DNA of 64,000 nucleotides from Pseudomonadota bacterium (GTDB lineage: Bacteria > Desulfobacterota > Desulfobacteria > Desulfobacterales > JBDRRP01): the NCBI GenBank assembly GCA_043825735.1, contig JBDRRP010000129.1, forward strand, positions 1 to 64,000, in the 5' to 3' direction. A model generated the notes under the pieces. It was not told where the DNA came from, made no database searches, and saw only the letters and a program-made list of their open reading frames with translations. A program made the translations under genes and the position numbers. Numbering within the stretch: the stretch's first letter is position 1; each line of letters starts with the position of its first letter. Of the stretch, positions 45,860 to 54,315 are shown piece by piece.

Positions 45860-47710
45860 ATGCACTCACCCACGTTGCCCGCAAAATGGCGGTCGATTGT
45901 CGAAACCGTCGACTACGCCTTCCAGCCCATCGTCAACATTCACACCGGTGTCTGTTTCGGCCACGAAGCGCTGCTGCGCCAAGTCGATAAGGCGGGATTC
46001 GACGCCATTGATGCGTTTTTCGATGCGGCCGCAGACGATGGTGTGCTTCACGCCGTAGATATGGCGCTCCGAAATCTGGCCGTGGGAAAATATGCCGCTC
46101 GGTTTGCGGCCGCCGGCACCAAGTTGTTCTTCAACCTGGACAACCGGGTTCTCAACGCCAGAGATGTCATCCCTGGCGGCACCCACGCTATCCTCACACG
46201 CTACGGCCTGAGCAGCGACCGGCTCTGCTTCGAGATCTCCGAACGGCATGAACTCCGGGATTTTTCAATTTCCGAAAAAGTGATCAGTCATTACCGCCGC
46301 CAGGGATACAACATCGCCGCAGACGACTGCGGCAACGGGTTTTCCGGTTTTAAACTCCTTTATTACCTGGAGCCGGAATTCACCAAAATCGATCGATTTT
46401 TCATCCAGGAAATGGCCACCGATTCAAAGAAACGCATGATCGCCGCCAGCATTGTCAACATTGCGCATCTTATGGGCAGCACCGTAGTGGCCGAAGGCGT
46501 CGAAACGGAAAAAGAGTTTTACAGTTGCCGCGAAATAGGATGCGATCTGATCCAGGGCTATCTCATTCAGCGGCCCACACTTGACATGAACACTCTATTG
46601 AGGGTCTATGAGGACATTGCGTCCCTGGCCGGCCGGGATAAGCGGGGGCGATCCCGGAAAGACATCAGCCGCATCCAGGACAACATGATCGTCATTCCGC
46701 CCGTCACCACCGCCCACGACATCCACCACGTCCTCAAGGAGTTCCAGTCCGACAAGGACCGCACTTTTGTGCCCGTGGTCAATGGCAACCACGAGCCACT
46801 GGGAGCGATCCGGGAACGGGACCTCAAGGAGTTCACCTACTCGCGCTTCGGTCAGGAGCTGCTCCAGAATCCCGCCTACGGAAAGAACATCAACCGGTTT
46901 CTGATCAAATTCCCCGTTGCCGACATCCACACACCAGTGGAAAAAATATTGGAGATCTACACCCAGAAGGATGACCTGGAGGGGATCATTCTCGTCGACA
47001 ACCTCCAGTATGCCGGTTTTCTCAGCGCCCAGTCGCTGCTCAAGGTCCTTAACGAAAAAAACCTGGCCACCGCACGGGACCAGAACCCCCTGAGCCGGTT
47101 GCCGGGCAACACGGTGATCCACGAGTACGTTTCCACCGCACTGGGCGATCTGGATCGGGAATTCACACTCGTCTATTTTGACTTCGATAATTTCAAGCCC
47201 TTCAACGATTCTTTCGGATTCCGGCACGGTGACCGGGTGATTCTGTTGTTTGCAGATATCCTCAAGTCTTTTCAGCAGCGGACACCCGCTTTCATCGGGC
47301 ATGTTGGCGGCGACGATTTCTTTCTCGGCGGCAACGCCGGCGACTGCGGCCTGACCATCGCTTCAATCCAAGCGCTTACGACCGCATTTAAAAAAAGCGT
47401 TGAAAGCTTCTATGACCTGGAATCCATCCGGCGGGGTTACATCCTGGGCTGTGATCGCAGCGGCCGCAAATGCGAGATTCCGCTGCTGACGGTCAGCGCT
47501 GTCGTCGTCGAACTTTGCAGCAGTCGAGACCAGGCTTACTCGCCTGAAGAAATCGGCAGTCTCATCGCCTGCCTCAAAAAGAAGGCAAAGGCCAACACCT
47601 CCAAGCTTTGCGTAACCCGAATCGGCGGCGTGCCGGTTCCGGATGACCACCCGTTTTGGGCCTCTTTCGAGATATCGCCGAAAAATGCGCCCGCACCGCA
47701 TGTCCACTAA
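45860..47710 (+). CDS. EAL + CBS-like + GGDEF c-di-GMP turnover protein
   Basis: FQPIV, HEALLR, FEISE, DDCGNGFS, KIDRFFI, VAEGVET, QGY; DFDNFKPFND, GGDDF. Confidence 0.92.
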   Translation: MHSPTLPAKWRSIVETVDYAFQPIVNIHTGVCFGHEALLRQVDKAGFDAIDAFFDAAADDGVLHAVDMALRNLAVGKYAARFAAAGTKLFFNLDNRVLNARDVIPGGTHAILTRYGLSSDRLCFEISERHELRDFSISEKVISHYRRQGYNIAADDCGNGFSGFKLLYYLEPEFTKIDRFFIQEMATDSKKRMIAASIVNIAHLMGSTVVAEGVETEKEFYSCREIGCDLIQGYLIQRPTLDMNTLLRVYEDIASLAGRDKRGRSRKDISRIQDNMIVIPPVTTAHDIHHVLKEFQSDKDRTFVPVVNGNHEPLGAIRERDLKEFTYSRFGQELLQNPAYGKNINRFLIKFPVADIHTPVEKILEIYTQKDDLEGIILVDNLQYAGFLSAQSLLKVLNEKNLATARDQNPLSRLPGNTVIHEYVSTALGDLDREFTLVYFDFDNFKPFNDSFGFRHGDRVILLFADILKSFQQRTPAFIGHVGGDDFFLGGNAGDCGLTIASIQALTTAFKKSVESFYDLESIRRGYILGCDRSGRKCEIPLLTVSAVVVELCSSRDQAYSPEEIGSLIACLKKKAKANTSKLCVTRIGGVPVPDDHPFWASFEISPKNAPAPHVH

Positions 47711-47845
47711 TTTGAGGCACATGGAAAATTGCGGCGGCAGAAAAGGGTTACCGACACTATTAACATTTACCGTTGCCTGTGATAGAGCATCGACAACCGA
47801 GTCGTCGGCAACCGGCGCGGAGACAAAACCGACAGGGATAAAACT

Positions 47846-48511
47846 ATGACCAAGCATTTTCACAAAGAACTGGACCGCGTCAAAAAGATGATCCTCTCTC
47901 TGGGCGCAGCTGTGGAAGAACGGGTGCGCAAGGCCTCCTCCGCCATCGAAGAGCGCAATTCCGATCTTGCCGAAGAGATCATCAAGAACGATTACATGAT
48001 CGATGAAATGGAGGTGGACATCGAGGAAGAGTGCCTCAAGGCGCTGGCGCTCTACCAGCCCGTGGCCGTCGACCTGCGGTTTCTCGTCGCCACCATCAAG
48101 ATCAACAACGACCTGGAGCGGATCGCCGATGAAACGGTCAACATCGCCCGCCGCGTGCAGGTCATCGCCGGCCGGGCGAGCAAGGGCTTCGTGTTCGATT
48201 ACTCCGCCATGACCGAAAAGGCCGAAGAGATGCTCCGGATGAGCCTCGACGCCCTGGTCAACCTGGACCTGGACCTGGCATTCAAAGTGGTCACCATGGA
48301 CGATGCCATCGACCGGATGCACCACGACGCCTACGACAGGATCAAACACATCCTGAAAGGCGACGACGACGCCAGCAAGCAGGCAGGGCTTTACATCAAC
48401 CTTTACCTCATTTCCCGCCATCTCGAGCGCATCGGCGACCATGCCACCAATATTGCCGAAGAGGTCATCTACCTCATCGAAGGCGAAATCGTCCGCCACG
48501 CCGAGTATTAG
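47846..48511 (+). CDS. phoU: Phosphate signalling complex protein PhoU
   Basis: YQPVAVDLR, DLERIAD and HLERIGDHATNIAE repeats. Confidence 0.95.
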   Translation: MTKHFHKELDRVKKMILSLGAAVEERVRKASSAIEERNSDLAEEIIKNDYMIDEMEVDIEEECLKALALYQPVAVDLRFLVATIKINNDLERIADETVNIARRVQVIAGRASKGFVFDYSAMTEKAEEMLRMSLDALVNLDLDLAFKVVTMDDAIDRMHHDAYDRIKHILKGDDDASKQAGLYINLYLISRHLERIGDHATNIAEEVIYLIEGEIVRHAEY

Positions 48512-48613
48512 CCGGCCTCGGCCCTGACCCGGGCCTGTCACCCACCGTCGGACATCACGGCAGTAAGGTACAGAACAGATAGCCGGCCGCCAACCGTGCC
48601 ATCCATGAAACCC

Positions 48614-48646
48614 AAAAGCCGCAGCCTGCCGCTGCGGCTTTTTTGT
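48614..48646 (+). terminator. Rho-independent terminator after phoU
   Basis: AAAAGCCGCAGC-loop-GCTGCGGCTTTTTT. Confidence 0.85.
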
Positions 48647-48778
48647 TGCCGGAAACCGGAGCGCCTCACAGCGATCCGACGCGGCCCATCCCTATTGACG
48701 ACAGCTAACACTGTGTTAGAGTATCGCTTACACATTTCTAACATCGACACTTGGGGACCGCCCCGGATCAGATGGGCA

Positions 48779-49660
48779 ATGCTGATGCTGCAACGACAAT
48801 ACATGGATCTTTCCTGGAAAGCGGTTTTAAATCCCGGCGGCGCCAATGACTTCTTTGAGCAAGGCATGCCGGGCGCCATCGACGTGCGCACAAACCGCTT
48901 CTCGCCGACCAATGCCTGGTGGTTGTCCGAATTGTCCCGTCTGGTGTATCGTCGGGGTGAAGAAGAAGGCGGCGTTATGCCAAACGGCCCTGGCCGAAGG
49001 GATTTTCTGGCCCGGGTAGGTCTTGAAGAACGGGCTTTTTTCAATGCCGGCGGCGTGCAGGCGGCCTTTATCACCCGCACCCGGGACAACCTGCCCCCGG
49101 TGGGCATTCTGGTCTTTCGCGGAACCACGGGCACCTGGCGCAACTGGCAATCCAACCTCAGCGTCTGGTCATCACAATGGCCTCGGGGGGGAAGGGTCCA
49201 CAGCGGCTTTAAAAAGCAGTTCATGGGCCTGTGGCCCACGATCGTGGAAACCGTGACGGCGTGGACCGCGCCCCTGCTCTACACCGGACACAGCCTTGGC
49301 GCTGCGCTGGCGACCCTGGCCGCCGGCATGCATCGCCCCCACGCCCTGTACACCTTCGGCTCGCCGCGGGTGGGCGATTCGGATTTCGCGGATACGCTGA
49401 AAGATGTTTGCATCTATCGCCTCTGCAACGCGGGAGACATTGTCACTTTTCTTCCGCCGTCACGGGGCCCCTTGCGTTTTTGCCACGTGGGCGAACCGAT
49501 GATCTACCGCAAGGCGCCATCCCCGCCACCCGCGTTCAGCATCGCACAAGATCGCGACATCGCCACGCCCGCCTTGGGCATACCGCACCCGCCGAAATTT
49601 CTGGTAGACCATGCGCCGGCAAACTACATCTCCTGGCCCGGGCCCGAGATCGCGACCTGA
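48779..49660 (+). CDS. Class 3 lipase-family alpha/beta hydrolase
   Basis: LVFRGT, VHSGF, TGHSLGAALA, TFGSPRVG, DIVTFLP, terminal DH; start uncertain (48779/48785/48803). Confidence 0.88.
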   Translation: MLMLQRQYMDLSWKAVLNPGGANDFFEQGMPGAIDVRTNRFSPTNAWWLSELSRLVYRRGEEEGGVMPNGPGRRDFLARVGLEERAFFNAGGVQAAFITRTRDNLPPVGILVFRGTTGTWRNWQSNLSVWSSQWPRGGRVHSGFKKQFMGLWPTIVETVTAWTAPLLYTGHSLGAALATLAAGMHRPHALYTFGSPRVGDSDFADTLKDVCIYRLCNAGDIVTFLPPSRGPLRFCHVGEPMIYRKAPSPPPAFSIAQDRDIATPALGIPHPPKFLVDHAPANYISWPGPEIAT

Positions 49661-49791
49661 AAGCACGCCGCCGTGTTGCCTGCCCCGCCGACAGACTGCC
49701 GCATGATCACCACCTTTCCCGCCATCGCCGCCGCATCTTAGAGCGGTTGTCATAAATACGTTCCGTTTGCACGACAACGCCGGGTGAACAC

Positions 49792-49866
49792 CGAAATCGC
49801 TATCGGGATCGGTATCGTTATCGGCCTTGGAAAACCTCGATTTCGAGACCGATTTCGATCCCGAGA
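49792..49866. repeat. GATCCCGATAGCGATTTCGA-type hexamer repeat in inverted arrangement
   Basis: Related short copies at ~18372, ~35866 and ~58653. Confidence 0.7.
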
Positions 49867-50004
49867 GGATCTTGGGGATGAAACGGTATATTATTCTGAC
49901 AAGTGCTCTAATACAGGGTTCTTCTGAATTTAACGCAAACCCAACCCGAAGGGGATATGGTATCGGCAATGCTTTAGGCAATCACGCCAACGGAGATCAC
50001 CGAG

Positions 50005-50634
50005 ATGGCCGAGTGGATCGCCACGTACGGCTACCCCCTGCTCTTTCTGGGTACCATCATTGAAGGGGAGACGTTTTTGTTGATCGCAGCCGTGATGGCC
50101 CGGCAGGGCGCACTTGAAATCGTCCCTGTCATGGCCGTCGCCCTGGCGGGCGCCTTGTCCGGGGATTCCCTGTTTTTTGTCATCGGGAAAACGCGCGGCG
50201 CCGCATTCCTGGACAAGCGACCCCACTGGCAACGGCGGACCCGGCGTCTGTCGGCCCTGATGAACCGGTTTCACGTTCCGCTCATGCTTGGTTTCCGATT
50301 CTGGTATGGCATGCGCGCCGTAATTCCACTGACATTCGGCATGAACCGGTTTGGAAGCGGAACATTCATCTTGCTCAATACCGTCGGGGCGCTGCTGTGG
50401 GTCGCCATCATCGGCGGTGTGGGTTTCTGGCTTGGGGATGCCGCCAGGCCGCTTGTGGACGGTGCGCAAAAAAAGCTGCACTGGGTGCTGTTGTCCGTCA
50501 TTGCCGGCGTTGCCGTCTGCCGCCGCATCGCGGCACTCAAACACCGGCAGCCGAGAGCGAATCCTGCACTGACTTGCCGGCCGAAGCGTGAACACCTTCC
50601 GCAGTCCGCCTCACGCGAACGGGAAATCTCCTAA
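50005..50634 (+). CDS. DedA-family membrane protein
   Basis: YGYPLLFLGTIIEGE, GALSGD, RFWYGMR, FILLNTVGALLW; GGAG RBS. Confidence 0.9.
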   Translation: MAEWIATYGYPLLFLGTIIEGETFLLIAAVMARQGALEIVPVMAVALAGALSGDSLFFVIGKTRGAAFLDKRPHWQRRTRRLSALMNRFHVPLMLGFRFWYGMRAVIPLTFGMNRFGSGTFILLNTVGALLWVAIIGGVGFWLGDAARPLVDGAQKKLHWVLLSVIAGVAVCRRIAALKHRQPRANPALTCRPKREHLPQSASREREIS

Positions 50635-50710
50635 ATGGAAAGGTTTTTCCGGCAACAGCACCCTGGCTGCGGCACCGGCGCCCCCTTGTTGATGCCCGCA
50701 TAAATAAGTA

Positions 50711-50745
50711 ACGCCCGGCGCCATCAAGGAGCCGGGCGTCGTTTT
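50711..50745. terminator. Probable terminator between convergent dedA and helicase genes
   Basis: ACGCCCGGC/GCCGGGCGT stem with T-rich flanks. Confidence 0.65.
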
Positions 50746-50767
50746 ATTCTGCGGCTTTCGAATCTCT

Positions 50768-52582
50768 TTAATCAGATGGCGCCACGCCATCGCTCGGCGC
50801 TTCGGCTGACGACTCACCCGGAATCACCGGCGCGGCCTCATCGGGCGGCGACTGGCCGCTGTCCGCCGGGGCGGCGCGCTTTTTGCGCTTGCGGGGCTTG
50901 CGGCGCCGGGGCCGCCCCTTGGGTTTGGGAGCGTCGACAGTCGCTGCCTCCGGTGCAACGTCTTCTGCACTCACGCCCGCCTCCGGTGAAGCGGCTTCGA
51001 CTCGCGCCGCCGCCTTCGTTGGCATGACTTCTTCGCTCAGCCATTCCGGTGGTGCCGATACGGTGTCTTCGGTGGACAGCGACGGGGACGCGGCAAATCC
51101 AAAAAATGTGCCGGGAAAATACCCTTCGGGCCGTGGCGGCCACGGCACCGGCCGTTCTTTGACGGGCGCGGAACGGGGCCCCTGCGCCCTGCCATCGGCC
51201 GGTCTCGCTGCGGAAGGTCGCCCCCCCGGCGGTCGGCCGCCGCCTTCCCGCCCGCCGGCAGGCCTGCCTCCGGAGGTTCGTCCGCCCGCCGACCGACCGC
51301 CGGTGGGTCTGCCTCCCCGCCCTTCGGGTTTGCGCGAGCGGCGCTGTCGGTCGGCCGCAACCCGTCCGGCAACGTCCTCAACGAACCAATCCTCTTCGGG
51401 CCACGCCACCGGTATCTTGTAGGCGATATAGTCTTCCACCGGCTGCAGGTGATGCACATAGGTTTCGCAGGCCAGCGATATCGCGCGCCCCGATTTGCCG
51501 GCGCGTGCCGTTCGGCCGATGCGGTGGATGTAGTTCTCCTGGTCCTGGGGCAGGTCGTAGTTGACCACATGGGTGATGTCGTCCACATGGATGCCGCGGG
51601 AGGCCACATCGGTGGCCACCAGGATCTTGATCTTGCCGTCCTTGAAATCGTCCATCAGCCGGAAACGCGTTTTCTGGGGGATATCTCCGGTGATGGCCTG
51701 GGCCGGCCAGCCGTTGCCCTTGAGTTTCTGCGCCAGCCACTCCACGCCGATCTTGGTGTTGACGAAGATCAGCATCCGGTTCCAGTCTTCCCGTTTCAAC
51801 AACCCCAGCAGCAGCGGCAGCTTTTCATCTTTGCCCACGTGGTAAAGTACCTGGTCGATCCCTTCGACGGCCAGATCCTCCGGTGTCACCGAGATAAACT
51901 CGGGCAGGTTCATGTACTCGTAGGTCAACTCCAGAACCCTGTGGGAAAGGGTCGCTGAAAACAGCATGGACTGGCGCTTTTCGTAATGCGGCAGGTTGCG
52001 CAGGATATAACGCATGTCCTTTTCGAACCCGAGATCGAGAAGGCGGTCGGCCTCGTCGATGACCACGATCCGGATGTTGTCGGTTTTGAAAATCTTCTGT
52101 TTGTAGTAGTCGATGGCCCTGCCGGGCGTGCAGATGACGATGTCCACGCCGTGGCGCAGTTGGTCGGCCTGCTTGCCGTAGTCCAAGCCCCCCACGACCT
52201 GGGCCATGGTAAAGGGCAGATAGCGGCCAATGCGCGCCGCCTCTTCGTAAATCTGCAGGGCCAACTCCCGGGTGGGCGCCACGATCAGTGCCATGGGCAG
52301 CCCCGGTTGCAGATTCTCGGTGGCCAGCAACCGGCAAAACAGGGTCACTAGAAAGGCTGCCGTCTTACCGGTGCCGGTCTGCGCCTGCCCGGCGACATCC
52401 TTCCCCTGAAGGGATACCGGCAGCGTCTGGGCTTGAATGGGTGAGCAGCGGATGAAGCCTTCATCGGTCAAGCCCCTGAGCAGGGGCTCTGGCAGGTCGA
52501 AGCTCTCAAAAAGGGTCTCAGTGAGAAACCGCGGGCGATCGGCCCGGGGGATCTCTTGGGTTGTGTCAACATCGGTCGTCAT
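50768..52582 (-). CDS. DEAD-box RNA helicase (RhlB-like) with disordered GGR-rich C-terminal tail
   Basis: AQTGTGKT, PTRELA, TPGR, DEADR, SAT, VASRGIH, HRIGRTAR; AGGAG RBS. Confidence 0.92.
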   Translation of the reverse strand: MTTDVDTTQEIPRADRPRFLTETLFESFDLPEPLLRGLTDEGFIRCSPIQAQTLPVSLQGKDVAGQAQTGTGKTAAFLVTLFCRLLATENLQPGLPMALIVAPTRELALQIYEEAARIGRYLPFTMAQVVGGLDYGKQADQLRHGVDIVICTPGRAIDYYKQKIFKTDNIRIVVIDEADRLLDLGFEKDMRYILRNLPHYEKRQSMLFSATLSHRVLELTYEYMNLPEFISVTPEDLAVEGIDQVLYHVGKDEKLPLLLGLLKREDWNRMLIFVNTKIGVEWLAQKLKGNGWPAQAITGDIPQKTRFRLMDDFKDGKIKILVATDVASRGIHVDDITHVVNYDLPQDQENYIHRIGRTARAGKSGRAISLACETYVHHLQPVEDYIAYKIPVAWPEEDWFVEDVAGRVAADRQRRSRKPEGRGGRPTGGRSAGGRTSGGRPAGGREGGGRPPGGRPSAARPADGRAQGPRSAPVKERPVPWPPRPEGYFPGTFFGFAASPSLSTEDTVSAPPEWLSEEVMPTKAAARVEAASPEAGVSAEDVAPEAATVDAPKPKGRPRRRKPRKRKKRAAPADSGQSPPDEAAPVIPGESSAEAPSDGVAPSD

Positions 52583-52705
52583 ACATCTCCTCTGATAAGT
52601 GTCCGCGGGGGCATCAATTGCGCCCGGATAGGTGCAATCATAAACGATTTTCGATATTTTGCAAGTTTACTCAAAGGGCTTGTGTTGCCGGCGAGAATAC
52701 CCTAG

Positions 52706-52846
52706 TGTCCGTTCAGAAGCGGCATCTTTTGGCCCCTGGCGGCGTTCTCGCATCTTTTGCCATCCTCGACGTAGCTCCCGCTACGCCTGCGGTGTCAAAA
52801 GTGCTCGGGCCTTCCGCCGTCGCCAAAACTGCGGCTATGGCGGACA
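52706..52846 (+). repeat. ~140-bp nested-stem repeat, copy 2 of 3
   Basis: Shares core with 14049-14194 (reverse) and 58385-58509. Confidence 0.8.
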
Positions 52847-52859
52847 GGTGCCAGGAAAC

Positions 52860-52995
52860 TTGATGAACCCGTAAAAAGTAAAGTTTCTTTCTTTATTGTC
52901 ACCCCGGCGAAGGCCGGGGCCCAGTAAATTCAAGACCCTCTATATGCCGGCCTTCGCAGGCATGACAAGTAGAGGACTTTTTACGGCATCATCAA
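52860..52995. repeat. TTGATG..CGTAAAAAG element carrying GTCA-CCGGC REP-like hairpins
   Basis: TTGATGAACCCGTAAAAAGT / GACTTTTTACGGCATCATCAA termini; internal GTCACCCCGGCGAAGGCCGGGG and ATGCCGGCCTTCGCAGGCATGAC. Confidence 0.8.
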
Positions 52996-53058
52996 ACGTT
53001 ACCCTGATCGGATAATTGCCGCTGCAGCGGCTTGAGACGGAAAGGTTTGACACGATCC

Positions 53059-54288
53059 ATGAAATCTTTTTTCAATGTCGCCACCATCTCATCGGTACTG
53101 GCCCTGAGGGAGCGCTTCGATCCGGTGGGCACCGAAACCCTGCCACTGACCGAAGCCGTCGGCCGCGTTCTGGCTGAAACGGTCGCTGCCGACCGGAACC
53201 TGCCCGGTTTCAACCGCGCCACCATGGACGGCTACGCGGTGCCGGCGGCCGCCACCTTCGGTGCCAGTGAGGGCAGCCCTGCCTGGCTGAGCGTGGTGGG
53301 TGATATCGCCATGGGCCAGCGGCCCGCGTTTTCTCTGGGCGCGGGGCAAGCCGCCCGCATCGCCACGGGCGGCATGCTGCCGCCGGGTGCCGATGCGGTG
53401 GTCATGATCGAGCATACCGAGGCCATCGGCGAGGACACGGTCGAAATCTACAAAAGCGTGGCCCCGGGCCAGCATATGGTCATGGCCGATGAGGATTTCT
53501 CCGGCGGGCAGGCGGTGCTCTTTCCCGGAACGCTGCTGCGCGCCCAGGAAATCGGTCTGCTGGCCGCCTTCGGCAAAGACCCGGTGCGTGTCTTCCGACG
53601 ACCCGAGGTGGCCATTGTCTCTACCGGCGACGAAATCATCCCGATTCACCAACGCCCGGAAACCGGCCAGATTCGCGATGTCAACAGCTATAGCCTGGCG
53701 GCAATGGTCACCGCCGGCGGCGGCACACCCATTCCCATGGGCATCACTGCGGACCAGGCCGATGGCTTGATTGAAAAATGCCGTGCGGCCGCCGAACTGA
53801 GCGACATGGTCCTCATCAGTGGCGGCAGCTCCGTCGGCACGCGCGATTACACCATAGACGCCCTGAACGCATTGCCCGACAATGAGCTGCTGGTGCACGG
53901 CATCGCCATCAGCCCCGGCAAACCGGCCATCCTGGCCCGCAGCGGTAAACGCCCGGTCTGGGGGCTGCCCGGGCACGTCACCTCGGCCATGATCGTATTC
54001 GAAATGGTGGTCACGCCCTTTCTCGACCGGCTGCGGGGCTTGGATGAAACGCACCGCCGCCGCCGCAGTGTTCCGGCGCGCCTGTCGAGAAATGTCGCCT
54101 CCACCCAGGGACGCACCGATTTTGTGCGAGTGCAGCTCAGTGAAACCGATGAAGGCCTTCTGGCAACGCCGGTTCTGGGGAAAAGCGGTCTGCTCAACAC
54201 CATGGTCCGGGCCGACGGGCTCGTCACCATCGCCGAAAACACCGAAGGACTCGACGCCGGAGCCCCGGTATCCGTCTATCTTTTTTAG
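53059..54288 (+). CDS. moeA: Molybdopterin molybdotransferase MoeA
   Basis: GRVLAE, ATMDGYAV, IATGGMLPPGADAVVMIE, STGDE, SGGSSVG, PGKP, GLPG. Confidence 0.93.
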   Translation: MKSFFNVATISSVLALRERFDPVGTETLPLTEAVGRVLAETVAADRNLPGFNRATMDGYAVPAAATFGASEGSPAWLSVVGDIAMGQRPAFSLGAGQAARIATGGMLPPGADAVVMIEHTEAIGEDTVEIYKSVAPGQHMVMADEDFSGGQAVLFPGTLLRAQEIGLLAAFGKDPVRVFRRPEVAIVSTGDEIIPIHQRPETGQIRDVNSYSLAAMVTAGGGTPIPMGITADQADGLIEKCRAAAELSDMVLISGGSSVGTRDYTIDALNALPDNELLVHGIAISPGKPAILARSGKRPVWGLPGHVTSAMIVFEMVVTPFLDRLRGLDETHRRRRSVPARLSRNVASTQGRTDFVRVQLSETDEGLLATPVLGKSGLLNTMVRADGLVTIAENTEGLDAGAPVSVYLF

Positions 54289-54315
54289 CATACGCCCACC
54301 GATGGAAACGACACC

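Noticed and set aside
47748..47795. Pho box upstream of phoU
   Set aside because: One TTAACA at 47760, but neighbouring half-sites are not in 11-bp register
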